DNA of 64,000 nucleotides, taken from NCBI RefSeq assembly GCF_009914755.1, contig NC_060930.1. One strand, 5' to 3'. Every line of letters begins with the position of its first letter. The first letter of the stretch is position 1. This stretch comes from the human T2T-CHM13v2.0 reference genome, Homo sapiens. A program made the translations under genes and the position numbers. Shown here piece after piece: positions 27,190 to 41,305 of the stretch. Under the pieces are notes generated by a model. The model did not search any database. It had not been told where the DNA came from and saw nothing but the letters and a program-made list of their open reading frames with translations.

Positions 27190-27720
27190 CTTCCCGTTCT
27201 ATTCCTGCTTCTCATCTCAGCTCATTTGTGTTTGACTCACTGGCTTGTTGAGCATCGAGTGAATGCTTTTCTGCCTGTATTTCCACCAACTCACATATTC
27301 CTCCTGGAAGATGAGTAACTTACACAATTCATAAAATTGTGAAAGATTTCTTCTCATTCCATTCAAAGGAGGAATCAGTGAATTGAAACTTGGACACCAT
27401 AGGTTCATCTCCTTCAGACATTGTTTTGCAGACTGCTGTTCTCAATCGAGCACACTCTGCTTTTTCACTTTCTGTTCTCATTTACTAAGAGAGTGTTATT
27501 GAGGGTCATCTATACTTCCAGTAATAATGCTAATATCTTCATTCTCAGTCTGCAAGTCTCCCTCTTATTGGTCTGAATTCTACAGTAATGTCATTGAGTG
27601 AGACTTTCTTTACTTCCTGAATTTCTGAGTTTTATCCAGGACTAACAAGAGCAATAACAGCTATAATGTTCGGTAAATCAAGAAGCATTTGCCCTTTCCT
27701 TTCTACTGCAAGGAGACTGA
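27190..27720 (-). mobile_element. Possible very old RTE-clade LINE reverse-transcriptase relic
   Basis: Frameshifted minus-strand translation resembles RTE RT motifs in order (see findings). Confidence 0.3.
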
Positions 27721-29734
27721 CAAAAATTAGCCATAAACTTCTTGCTTGTTCATCAAGAAAAACATAAAACAACATAAAAAAAACATAAAACAACAAAGAC
27801 AACCCTTCACTTTGACTGTGAAGACTGTGGAGGGAATGAGCAATTTGGAAAAAAAAATGTTGTTTTTGTTCCTGTGTATTCTTATTATTGACACATTCTT
27901 TATGCTGGAAAAAAATCAAAATTTTACTAATTCATATGTGGTCCACTGTACTCAGAACATTTACATTTAAAATAAGCAATTTTTTTTTAAAAAAACTAGC
28001 AATTATCTACTAATGCCTGTCAAACGCATATCTCATTGAAGTCAGAGGCATTTCTTGCAAGAGTTTTAGCCAATTTTGCACACACAGGTGTGAGCTATAG
28101 AACAGGAAAACTACAGATGAAAATAAGGAGTACGTTTTAAATAGCAAAGTAAATTGGTTAAAATGTAAAAACGGCAAGTCAGTAGATTCTACTTCAGAAT
28201 TTATCACTGTCTAACAGTGAGATTTTGGATAATTTGCTTAAGCTATTCAGGTTGTAAACTCATCCATTAGACTGAAAGATATTTAAGGTTGCTTCCAGTT
28301 TAAAATTTTAGAATCCTTAAAATTTTCAGGTATCCAAATTACTGCTTTCCATAACCTTAAAATCTACACTTTAAGAAATAACTGCATGACTGCCTTATGT
28401 TTTTAAACCAATATTTGGATCTCTGTAGACAAATCTTCAGTCATCAAGCAGAATAGATTATGTGTACTTCTAAGCAACAAAAGTTCTAACTTTTCCATAA
28501 AATCTATTTTTCTATTCCTCAAAATCATGTTTATGGTTGACTGCCCACTAAGAGAACAATTTCCCTACCAATAATCTGGATTTTTATTTCCTTTCTTCTC
28601 CATTTTCCTAATCTAATCCTTTATTATATTAATTTATATAAAGGACCAATCAATAAACTAATATTAAGATTGTCTTGTGACTCATATATAAGAGGAATAA
28701 AAATGGGAGAAAAATATCATTTAATTTTTTTCCTATATTTATCTCTTGCTAGAAACTGGGAACAGAATTCAGTGAGCTTAGTATTATCTTAATAAGATTA
28801 TAGCCCATAGTTATATTATGTCCTATAAACATAGGCATCCCTAAGGACTGGGATGAGATTTCTTGATTTTTGGTTTTCAGCATCTAGCACCAGGCTAAAA
28901 AAAATGAAAGATTCTCTATAAATGTGTGTTGAACTGAATTTAGCTGAAGGAGACAAGGAAAGGAAAAGGAAATTTGAATTGACTGGGCCGGGACATTTTT
29001 GAGTACTTTACAAAGGTTATCACACAAAGGTTATTGACTTGTACTGATATTTTTAATAAACATGCTGAGGCTCCAAGGCAAAAAGAAACACCATTTCATG
29101 GACTTCCTTAATGGGCTACAGTCAAGTTGCATAACTCTGGCTTGATAAACTGGTTTCCTACCAAGTTCAGGTTTTTGCACCATGTCCACTCTACCTCATA
29201 ATTCGCCAGTACTCCTATGTGCCTTGATTTCAGTATTAGGTAGACAAATAAGATTTTTGCCTTGATTTCATTACAAGGTAGAAAAATAAGATTTTTGAGA
29301 TTAGTAGAAGTGAAAATAATCTGTGTATTTTGTGAAGAGTTATCTGTAAACTCATAGAATTCTCAAGTATAAGAACTTGACTTTACCTTTTCTGAGTGCT
29401 AATTGATTAATAATAATAATAGAATCAAAGAATTGGTGGTAAAGAGAGGGTATGATTTCCTCAACCCAGCAGCATTTTAAGTACTGGGTGAACATACAGT
29501 CATGACAGGCTGGCAGATTTAAGTTAAAAAAAATCATGAAAATGTATCACTGAATGTATTTTTATCTTTACCAAAGTTTAACCTGGTTCTTACTGAATTA
29601 CAAGTATATGATTTTAGTGGCCTAAAATTTACAGAATCATTCATGGAACGTTTGCTTTAGTCAAAGCGCCAATTTATTCTACTGTAAGTTTCTGTACAAA
29701 GGTCATCATATTTATGCTCCTGGGTCTCTATAGC

Positions 29735-30785
29735 TAATTCATATAATCAACAAATATTTATGGGGCAGCTACTATGTGCTGAAAACTGGTTTAAAGCTAA
29801 GTTCTGGAAACAAAGCTATTAGTTGCCCTTGACAGCTACATTCTAGTAAACTTTAGCCTAATAGGGAAATATTAACCAGAAAAGTAAATAAATAGAAGTA
29901 AAATTAAAAATAAAAATTATATTAAGAAAAGATCTGTTCAATAAAAAGGGAAATAAGGGCTGATTGGTGATTTTAAAAGATGGTGATAAAAAAGGTCTTT
30001 TCTAAGGAGGATCCTGCCATGTAAAGATCTGGTAGAAAAGCCTTCTATGCAGAGGGAAAATCAAGTGCAAAGGCCTCAAGTAAGAACTAGCTTGACCTTG
30101 TTTGAAATACAAAAAGACCAGTGTCCCTAGAATTAATCAAATGAAAGTAAAAAAGTTTAAGTCAGTGAGGTAGGCAGAGGTCAATGAGGTCAGGCCTTCT
30201 AAGCTAAGGAAAGAAGGGTGTGTTTCACTTGACTTGAATTGCAATAAGAAGCCACTGAAGTAGGATAACTACACAACCTGTCATCCAAACCAGAATCTTT
30301 TGAGAGAGAAAGGAGGCTCAATTAATAATTATTTCAGAACAATAGAAACAAACTAGGACTCTCCCAAGCAAACAGGGTCATGAATACCCTCTATTGAAGA
30401 TTTCTAAGCAGTTTCTTAGCAGAAAAGTAATATATGATTTATGCTCATAAAATATTAAATTAACCTCCTTGCAGAGAATGAACTATGTAAAAAGACAAAA
30501 CTGCAAGCAGAGAAACTAACAAGAAGTTACTGTGTGTGCCTCATTGGCAAATAATTTTTGTTTGTGCTTAGCTCTGCAGTAGCAGAGATGGTGAGAAGTA
30601 TTCAGGTGTGAAGTTAGAGCAAAAAAGAAAATTTTGTTGTATCCTGCAAGTAGGGTGTGAGGGAAAGAAAAGAATACAGGATGACTCTCAGTATTTCTGC
30701 TTGAGAAGAATGGGTGAATAATGACACCATTTACCTATGCTGGGTAAACTGGACAGGAGGAATAGTCAGGAGAGGAAATAAAAAT
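29735..30785. mobile_element. L2 fragment with nested MER94
   Basis: 'atcaacaaatatttatggggcagctactatgtgc', 'gcagagggaaaatcaagtgcaaaggcc'. Confidence 0.75.
30261..30391. mobile_element. MER94 hAT-Blackjack MITE
   Basis: ~131 bp 'taggataacta..tcatccaaacc..tttgagagagaaaggagg..attaataatta..accct'; degenerate 8-bp TSD cactgaag / tattgaag. Confidence 0.75.
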
Positions 30786-31960
30786 TGTGCTAAGAGAAAT
30801 TTATCTGAGATAAATATATCTCCAAGCACAGAAAGCCGAATATCAGCTCATTCCTAGACATATGGTCAATTAAGTCAAACATTCAGACCAAACTTTCGAA
30901 CAGAATTCATTCGGACTCAACTGTCACAAGCTAGCCTATATGCAAATTTAATAATTTTGAAGGTCTTTCAGCAGGAAGCAAAGGCAATAAAAATAGTAAA
31001 TCACAAAGGAAATGTAATATTTAATTCCTCTATTTTAAAGTCCAGGGCTCTCCTCTGACCTCAATATCAAGAAATACATAGAAATTTAAATATGTGAATA
31101 TATGTTGTAGCACAAAATGCATTACTTCTGCTTGACTTTGCTCATGAATCATTTCCATAGTTTCTTATTCTACTATAAAGGAGTTAGTAAATATTCGGAT
31201 AACCTGTGTTCTCATACCCAAAAGCAATGATACTGATATATATGGATATCAAGCAAGACTTTTACTCTCTCTCATTGACAATGTATGCCATTAATGTAAA
31301 AGGACCAGTATCTGATATAGATGGTCGGGTGCTCATTCCAAATAGCTGATGTCCTCAATGTGCTAGTGTCAAAGAATGTTTGTCGGTAAAGAATTTTATA
31401 CTCCAATGTTTCAACTTAAATGTCAGGTTTATAGAGTTCATCATGACCAAGTCTTTTTATAGAAAAAAAAAAACTAAAGGGTCCTATAATCTAGCATTTT
31501 ATTTGAGAATAGTTAATCCCATAAAATGATAACTAAATATAATTAATTTCATGTGGTTCAACTGTCAATAATATACAGTAAGCATAGAATCATTCTCTAT
31601 TTCTTCCTCCTAAAAACCGTAGATGACCTTGAACCCATTGTGCCTACTCCTTGTTTTGGGGCTGGCAAAACTTAAGTTTAATATTTGCATGTGTGCATGT
31701 TCAAACTACAGTCCCTGAGAAATGGTATTGATCTTTAAAAACTCAGCAAATTGGCAAGATCTATGTTCTTGTAGCAGTGGTATTCTTTCGGGGGCAATCA
31801 GCTTTTTCTTCATGTTGCATATGTACAATCTATGTATGTGACTAAAGCAGCAAGGCATGACACAGAACAGCATATTGCTAATTAATGAGGTATGCATTAG
31901 ACAGAGGTAGTATCATAAGTCACTTTACATAGACTCAGTCAAGATCAATAATTTTGTGTT

Positions 31961-32255
<295 letters not shown>

Positions 32256-32399
32256 TGTTACACGTACCTCTGTTCTGGCATAATTTTTTTTAGGTTAATT
32301 GTTTTAGAATTCGTAATTTGTGCACTTCCCAGGGAACTGTCACCCTCTGGGATCTGAATGACATAATAGAATGATTTGTGGGGATGGATGCACCCAGAC

Positions 32400-32600
32400 C
32401 CAATTATAATGTTGACCTACTATTTATTAAACACAGACTAGATGTTTACTGTTTTTGAGCTTTGGTTTTCTCATCTGCAAAATGGAACTAGAAATATATA
32501 ACTTTTAGGGCTGCCCTGAAGATAGACAAAAAAATTTACTTAAAATGATTATTCCAGTGCCTAGCACAAATTTGGTGCTTGATTAATGCTAGTTGCACTT
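32400..32600 (+). mobile_element. MIR fragment
   Basis: 'ggttttctcatctgcaaaatgg' and 'cagtgcctagcaca'. Confidence 0.65.
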
Positions 32601-33284
32601 CTATTGATGAAAAACATTCATTCCACACTAAGCATAGGCTTTTCGAATTGTTATGTGTCTTATTTATCTTTGTGTTTAATGAATTGTTTCACAGAGTAAC
32701 TCCTTAAATATTTATTTTAAAATTTAATTTGAACAAGATAATTCTTAGTCCTAGACTATCCCAATGTAGTTAATAACAGAGTAATATATTGTTAATAAAA
32801 TAGAAATAAAAGTTTTAACATGTATATTTCTACAGACATATATGTACAAATATACATCTAAATATATACATACTTAACTATGTATATTTGATGCTGAAAA
32901 TATTGGTGATGGTATTGAAAATTTATGTAAAATAGTGGAAACTATTGATTTTGCTTAGAAAATTATTTCTTTATAACAAAAAATCTCTTGCTTTTTTTTT
33001 TGTTCTCCCTCTTCTGTTTTTATAACCAGATATAACTGAAAAAGATTACTAAATTAGAATTTTTAGGTATTTCTTCATTTTCAATTTTTATAATTGTTTT
33101 ATGAAATGATGAGTAAAGAAAGAACTTCAAAAATTTTTACACAATTCTGGAGGAGAACCGTTCCTATCATATTCTAAATCAGAGTTCTAACTTACTTTCA
33201 ATAGCAGACAAAGAAAAGATTTCATGAGTTCTGCTAGTTTCCAAGATTCTATTAGTCAAAAAGATTTCAAGAAAAAGGGAAAGT

Positions 33285-34334
33285 AATGAACATACACATG
33301 AATGTATCTTTTTAATAAAATGATTTATATTCCTTTGAGTATTTACTCAGTAATGGGATTGCTGGGTTGAAAGGTATTTATGCCTTTAGGTCTTTGAGGG
33401 ATCACCAAACTGTCTTCCAAAATGGATGAAGTAATTTACACTCCCACCAATAGTGTAAAAGTGTTCTTTTTCCTCCATTACCTTGCCAGCATCTGTTGTT
33501 TTTTGACATTTTAATAATAGCCATTCTGACTGATGTGAGATGGTATCTCATTGTGGTTTTGATTTGCATTTTTCTGATGGTCAGTGATTTGAGCTTTTTT
33601 CATATATTTGTTGGCCTCATGTATGTCTTCTTTTAAGAAGTGTCTGTTCCGTGTCCTTTTCCACTTTTTAATAGGGTTTTTTTTTCTCGTAAGTTTATTT
33701 AAGTTCCTGAAGACTCTGGTTATTAGACTTTTGTCTAATAGATTGCAAAACTTTTCTCCCATTCTGTAGGTTGTCTGTTTACTCTGTTGATAGTTTCTTT
33801 TGCTGTGCAGAAACTCTTTAATTAGATCCCATTTGTCAATTTTTGCTTTCGTTGAAATTGCTCTTGACAGCATTATTCACAATAGCAAAGACAGGGAATC
33901 AACCAGAAGCTCATCAATGATAGCCTGGATATAGAAAATGTGGTACATATACAACATGGAAAGCTACGCAGCCATAAAAAGTAATGAGATGATGTCCTTT
34001 GCAGGGACATGGATGGAGCTGGGGGCCATTATCCTTAGCAAACTAATGCAGAAACAGAAAACCAAATACCACGTGTTCTCACTTATAAGTGGAAGCTGAA
34101 TCATGAGAACATATGGGCACAAGGGGGGAAACAACACATCCTGGGGCCTCTCAGAGGGTGGAAGGTGGGAGGAGGGAGAGCATCAGGAAGAATAGCTAAT
34201 AAATCCCATGCTTAATACATGGGTGATGGGATGATCTGTGCAGCAAACAACCATGGCACATACTTACCTATGTAACAAATCTGCACATCCTGCACATGTA
34301 CCCTTGAACTTAAAAGTTGGAAATAAAAAGAAAA
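33285..34334 (+). mobile_element. 5'-inverted L1PA13-like LINE-1
   Basis: 33285-33866 antisense ORF2; 33867-34334 sense ORF2 end plus 3'UTR ('gagcatcaggaagaatagctaat..gatgatctgtgcagcaaac'); the two pieces join at ATGTTCATT|ACAGCATTATTCAC. Confidence 0.9.
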
Positions 34335-34648
34335 CCTTATGCTAAATGAAAGAAACCAGTCATACACAAAAAAAACCCACTTATTTTATGATTTGATTTG
34401 TTTGAAATGTCCAGAACAGGGAAATCTACAGACACAGAAAGTAAATTAGTGGTTGCTTAGGGATAGGGGAGGGTGGATGGCAGAAGGATAGCTAAAGCTT
34501 ACAGAAGTTTCCTTTTGTGGCAGTGAAATGTTCTGTGGTGAGGTTTGGACATATCTGTGAATATACTAAAAATAATTGAATTGTACACTTTAAATGAATG
34601 AATTGTATGGGTTGAATTATACTTTAATAAAGTCATTTTTTAAAAAAA
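34335..34648 (+). mobile_element. L1MB/MC 3' end (probable 3' transduction of the preceding L1)
   Basis: 'ttatgctaaatgaaagaaaccagtca..gaaatgtccagaacagg..aataaag'; AATAAA at 34626-34631. Confidence 0.75.
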
Positions 34649-35009
34649 GAGAAAGGAAAAGTTTATAATTAGAAGCCTAGACATTAAATTTTGAAGGAGT
34701 GACTAATAAGTTCTTTGATCCATATTTATTTTGACACCTGTCGATTCCTTAGAGAATTAGACAAACATATGTGTATCTTCAGTTTGATGATTATTCTATT
34801 TCCAAAACTAGAGCAAGTCTAGTATCCTCCTAATCTAAATATATCAGGAGACTTTCAGAAATCTATGAAAACCTTTAACACAGCAGAAAAAAATCTGTGT
34901 TCTTTGATTTGTATGCTGTTATAATAAACTAACAATTGTCTGTGATAGAGTGATAAATCAGAAAATATAGGGGTATGAATATTAAGATATTTGACTACTA
35001 TATAGCAGG

Positions 35010-35376
35010 AGTCTTAGCCCATTGGGCTGCAGTAGTAAAATACCCTTAACTGAGTAGCTTATAAAGAAAAGACATTTATTTCTCACAGTTCTGGAGTCTT
35101 GGAAATCCAAGATCAAGGCATTGACATATTTGGTGTCTAGTGAAGGCCCATTTTCTGGTTCATATATGGAGACTTCTGGGTATGTACTCACATAGTTCAA
35201 AGAACTTAAGGCAGCTTTCTAGGGACTCTTTTATAAGGGCAAACTAATCTCATTCATGAAGGCTGAGCCCTTATGATTTAATCACTTTCCAATGGCCCCA
35301 CCTCTTAATATCCTCACATGGTGATTAGGTTTCAACATATGAATTTAGAGACAACACAAACATTCAGATGATAATA
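35010..35376 (-). mobile_element. MaLR solo LTR (MSTD/MLT1A-like)
   Basis: 'tcttagcccattgggctgc..atttatttctcacagttctggag..ggtttcaacatatgaattt..acacaaacattcag'. Confidence 0.85.
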
Positions 35377-35964
35377 GCCAGCATTATTTAGGTGCATTCA
35401 AGCATTAGTTTATTTAATCCTCACAATTATCCTGAGTTTGTTACATTTTGTCATTTGGAAAATAAAACAGAGGAATCACACATCTTGATCTAGGGTACAC
35501 AGCTGGTGTGTAAATCAGGGCACACAAAATTTAAACTGTGTCTGTCTATAAAATGAAAGATCTTAGCCACTAAGTCATGTATTTCTACGGCCATAAAAAG
35601 GGAAGTAAAGTGATAGAAAAACATAGAAAATAGTCACTAGTGTCCCATAGTGGCTTTGCCACATCTAAAGCATGAATAGAAATTGATTCAAAATCAGCCA
35701 TATTTTAAGATGATGACAGTTCCTCAAATAAAATTTAATGTAACCTATTTTTTGCACTTGATAATATTAAGTTTCATTTCTCAATAAGGTCTAAAGATCT
35801 AAAAGATCCCTAGTCTTACACAGACCTAGAGTATCTCTGGGTGGTGTTTATGAGTACATTAACACAGGGCCAAAATTTAAAAATCAATCAGCCTGACTTT
35901 TGTTCACAAAAACAACAAATGGTTTATTTATTACTTGTGTTTGTCTGTTTATTCCCATTGGTTT

Positions 35965-36257
35965 GGGCCCACATGAATAGAATTCATAATCTAATAAAAG
36001 AGCTGGGGGAAACAGCATTCATCTCTTTGGCCCTTCATCCCCACTGCCATATGAGAACATAGTGTTCCTGCCCTCCAGAGGATACAGCAACAAGGCTCCA
36101 TCTAGGAAGCAGAGAAAAGCCCTTATCAAGACACCAAATGCTGGTACTTTGATTTTGTATTATCCAACCTCCAGAAATGTAGGAAATGAATTTCTATTCT
36201 TTATAAATTATCCAGTCTTAGGTATTTTGTTATAATAGCACAAAATGAACTAAGATA
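35965..36257 (+). mobile_element. MaLR LTR, partial (MSTD/MLT1A-like)
   Basis: 'ggatacagcaacaaggctccatct..ggtattttgttataatagcacaaaatgaactaagata'. Confidence 0.8.
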
Positions 36258-36269
36258 GCCTCCTAAAAA

Positions 36270-37420
36270 CTGAATCAATTTACCATCACCCTCAACAGTG
36301 TATTAATGTTCCATTTCCCTGATATTCTCCTCATCACTGAATATTAAACTTTTCCATTTTATCCAACTTATGTATATTATTATTGTCTTAATTGGGAGTT
36401 TTACAAATCACTAGTGAGGTCGAATGTTTTTTAGTGTATGTATTGATCATTTGTACCTTTTTCTGTAAAATCTGCGCATATAATTTGCTCATTTTTTTCT
36501 CTTGGCATTTTCCTACTGAAACATAAAAGCTTTCTGTGTATTCTGTTTATTACTCCTTTGTTGCAGGTAAACTGTAAAAATACTTTCTTCCAGCCTCGAG
36601 CTTGTCATTTGCCAATATTTATGATGTCTGTTTATTAAGAGTTTTGTGTTGTATGTAGCAAAGTCATTCAACTTCTTCTTTATATATTTTACATTTTATA
36701 TCTTGTTTAGGAAGATATCTCAATCCCTAAATTCAAAAATATTTTTCTATATTTTTTCTACTACTTTTTAAAATATTTAGCTCTTAATCTATTAGTACTT
36801 TTTATATAGTGTGAGGTAGCTATTGAAATCAAATTTTGTTTTAAAATAGATGTTCATCTCCAATTTACTAAAAGCTTGCTTTTACTTTCCATACTAATTT
36901 GAAATACAACCCATTTTATATTATAAATTCCCACATAGAAATGGTCTATTTCTGTTTTCCTTATTCAATTGCATTGATGTATTTTTGAAAAAATACTGTG
37001 TTATTTTAGCACTGTGATGAATTGAAGTATATGTATTGAAGAAAAAAATTCCACTACCACCTCACAGATGAGGTCTAATGTTTAAGAGCACAGATTTCAG
37101 ACCCATTCCTGGCAGCAGTACTTCCTGCCTGCTGGTATGTTGGTTGAACTTTCTGTACCTCCCATTCCCTATTTGTAAAATTTGCATGAGTATAGGATTA
37201 TTATTAGTATTAGAGAAGTATTAGAATTATAAGATTATTTTTAGGATTCTTATAAGTGAGTTAATATATGTAAAGTTCTTAGATCAGTATTTATTATATA
37301 GTAAATACTTTATAAGTGTTTCCTATGGTTATAAACCCCCTTACATTTATTTTGAAAAAATAGTGCAATATCTGCTTCATATAAATTTTTGCATCAGAAT
37401 GCCAATTTTCATAGATATTA
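36270..37420 (-). mobile_element. Old L1ME ORF2 relic with nested MIR (~37065-37330, +)
   Basis: Antisense ORF2 motifs 'actagtgaggtcgaatgttttt', 'tatagtgtgaggtag'; MIR core 'ctgtacctcccattccctatttgtaaaat'. Confidence 0.6.
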
Positions 37421-39166
37421 CCATTTGTACTCTGTTAGAACAATGGGTACCACATTAATTTACCTAAAATACTGTTTTGTGCACATTGGTATTATTTAGC
37501 AATGGAACCTTGTTTTCATATGAAAGTTTGAGTAGAGTCTAAAAAAACAATCCCTTAAAGATGGACCTGCAATGGTTAAAGCCACCAACCCCGACTACCA
37601 ATAAACAGCTTCCAGGACTCTAAGAAAAATAGTTTGAAAATCCCCGGTTGAAATTATTTTTTTCTTGTCACATTATCTCTCATCACATGAATGTTTATTT
37701 CAGTGAGCAGTGACTGAGTTATTATGTTTTATTGTCTGAGAGGAGGTTGGCATTTGGTGTACTTTGTAAGAAAAACATCCCTAGACAGTATTCCAGAATT
37801 TGTAATTTCAGGAAAGAAAGCAATAAATGACCACCATCCCCATCTGTTCAAAGGCTGCATTTAGTAAAGAGGAATGACAGATTAATGCACACCATATGAA
37901 AGAATTTTTGTTTCACTAAATTTGGTAAATTTGTATAAACACTGTAGCATATGGTTAGGTGAGATGATATTATAATCACATACTCATCACTCTGATAGAT
38001 AAGCTAACTATATTAGTCTTTTGTACAAAATACACTACTGAGTTTTGTGTTCCAGTAATGCTGTTATTGGTTATCTTCTTTATTTAATATGAACAGCTCC
38101 CTAAACCATAAGTAATTTAATCAGCCTTCTGTATTTTTATATTTATGTCATCACTTCTGTTGAACTAAAAATGCAATTCACTAGTTATTATCATAAACAT
38201 AGTCTGCTGAGTACAAGGAATTATAATAATGGGCTGTATTTGTTCTACTGTTATACTTTGTTCAACCAAGTGACAGCATGAACTTGCATCTAAAACACAA
38301 GTTATTGTACACTGCAGGCCAAACCATAGGCTAGTTCTGAAGTATGAGCTAATAGTGCAGACATGGGATAACAGTGAATGGCTCTCTGGGTTCCAATGAG
38401 TAGGGCAACTTTCCAGTTCATCTGAGAGAAGCACAGTCCAACATTAGCACAGCAATGTACCCATCTGTGAGTTTTAGTAGCTTTGAATGAGTGCATTGCA
38501 GACACTGTGGCTAGTTAGCCAGTTTTACTGAGTGTTGCACACTGCTCTGCCTGTATGATAATAAAAGACATCACAGATGGGACTATTGTTTTGGGAGGGA
38601 TACCAACAGTGAGTATCTTGATGTGCTGTGTCATCAAAGTATACAACGTCACAGAAAAAATAATGGTTGATTATCAACACAGAGATATTATGTTGAGGTA
38701 TTCTAGGTTCTTAGAGACATTGGGAAAAAAATAAGAATAAATTTGAATTATTCATTATGCAGAGTCTCCAATATGCCTTGTAATTAGTGGACAGATCATT
38801 ATATATGTGACTCACATATATACATTTTAATCTGTAGAGATTAAACTCAATAACTCAGTGGTCTTTACTTACAAAAAAATTACAAAACTTATTTAAATTC
38901 TTTGAATATTGTCTCTTCTCTAACCTAAAAAGGAAAAAAACCCTGCAATTTTTTTATATACCCATTGACATACTGGTCAAAATGAGTTTTAGAAGTGAAG
39001 AAACTTGCCCAGGATTAAGACTAGCAATTTTGGAGCATAATTCAAAATCAGTCTGTCTAATTTCAAAGCCACTAGCTGAACCATTAAATCATGCCTACCT
39101 CATTGTAAGAGCATTTTTTCCCCACAAGCCAATCCTCCTTGGTTTGTTTATTTGTTTAGTTTGAAA

Positions 39167-39225
<59 letters not shown>

Positions 39226-39230
39226 ATCTA
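39167..39230. repeat. (TCTA)14 TCA TCTA tetranucleotide STR
   Basis: Directly counted: 14 perfect units, then an interrupted unit. Confidence 0.97.
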
Positions 39231-41305
39231 GAAAACAAGCGATGGAACTTGTAGCAAAGATTACCATCTTATCTAAAAAAGCAAACTATACAAATAATAT
39301 GCAATATTCTTATGTTCTTATTCTCACAGTCTTCTTATTTACTCTCTAGAGACAACTGCTATACTGAGCTTGGTGTGTATTCTGCCAGACAATGTTTTTA
39401 ATTCTTTGACTGCATACATATTATATGTAAGCCATCAACATTAATTATGTGTTGACCTACATAAATTGTATCATGCTGTGAAATGATTCTATAAAGTTTT
39501 TCTTACAATTTCACATGTAATCTAGCTGATTCATTTTAACAATTGCATCACAATCAATGTTTTATTTACCTATCCCATATTGATGAATACTTAGACTTCA
39601 AACTTTCAATATTTTAAATAAATATTCAGCAAACAGTCTTCTGTGTATTTCTTATATAAGTGTGTGAAGTTTCTCTAAGTGTTTCTAAGGTATATACCTT
39701 AAAGTATGTCAATGGTCAGTGTCCATGCTGTCCAATAAATTATTTGAAATATAATCCCTTTGTGCATACAATGTACCTTTGTCAAATATTATACCAACAT
39801 AATATTCTATCAGCACTGTACAAATAGGCCTATTTTTACATTCTGCCAATACTAAATTATTTTGAAAAAAGTTAATTGTTTAATCTCGCATATATATATA
39901 AATCTATAATATATGCAGATTTTGAAAGAATAAGTGAATATCACAGTCTCACCACCATATTAATGAGTTAGAACACTACTGGTTCCTAAGAAGTTGTGAG
40001 TTCCTACAAAATTATAGTTATCCTCTAGAGTCAATTTTTTGTTCATTATTCTCTTTTTCCATATATATTTAGCTGTCTGAATATGTATGTCTAGTTTTGA
40101 AACCCTAAGTAGCAAGAATAAAACTAGATGAATAATAAAAATGGAATTTTACACTATTAGTGGAAAGCTTTCAGGAAAAACTCTGCTGAGAGATAGCATC
40201 TCTAAAAGTGTATAAGAGCCCTTTTTGGTGAAGTTAGTGGGTGAAGCTATTAGAGTCCTGACAAACAGGGCTTTTGTCACTTAGACCATGTAGCTAGGTT
40301 GAAGTGAGAAATAGATATTGAGGAATATTCAACAGAAATATGGTCAGAGGAAGTGAGCAGCTCTGCATTTTCTGCTTCTAAGCTCATCATAGCCCAACTT
40401 TAGGTCCCATGAATTGGCCAAAGCAGAACACTTATGGGAACGTCAACTGATCCAGGGAATAAAGCATGAGGAGAGAAGCAATAACTTTATTAGTACATGT
40501 TTTAGTTCAACCAGGTACAGGTAAGAATCTGGGGCAGGTGCCACCTAGGCATTCTGCTCTTAGATTAATAATAATGGCACAGAGGCAGTGGAGAGGTTGT
40601 TGAAAGTAGACTTCAACAAGTTTGTCTCTTGAGTCTATTCCAATCTATTCTGAAGCACAGTTATCATTGAGGGATCTTTATTCATAATCTTACCAGGAGG
40701 TCTCTTTACCTCTTTCTTGTGGTAAATATCTTGTTTCAAGAATTCAATTTTGTCCTCTGTCTTGGCTTTCTTTGAGCTTCAAAAGGGTATCTAGTTTCTC
40801 TTATCGATACCAACCGAACCCTTGATGTCAGAATTTCAGGCCTATTCTCAAGGACTTGTCTGGTCTCCCATAGAGACCTCCAATTTCCTACTTGGAAGGT
40901 AAGGACCTAGAAGCTCAATGGTAGAGAAGGGCTGTCATCGTTGAATTCATTAGTCACTATAGGAATCACCATTTAATCCCTTTGGGGAATATCCCCGCTG
41001 TGCTTGTTTCTACCAATCCCTTCTATTTACTCAATTCATAGCATAAACTTTTAGATTTCTATTTGGTTGAGAAAGAGGCAATTTACAAACAGGAAGTATT
41101 TTTTAGGGGATCTAGAAATAGTAATGCATATAAATGTCTTTTAGCCAGTCTTCCTCATGTTAGGCTTCCCCTTCACTTACGATTACATGGTCCTTGATAT
41201 TTCTGGTAATTCTTGAGAATTATTCAGTAGACATTGTGTAGTCTTAAGATTTCCATGTTAGGCTTGGAATCTGGCTTTTTTCAGATGGATGAACCTGTTA
41301 CCACT

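Noticed and set aside
40380-41290. Possible old LTR-internal sequence
   Set aside because: Could not assign a family or find a coding motif by eye.
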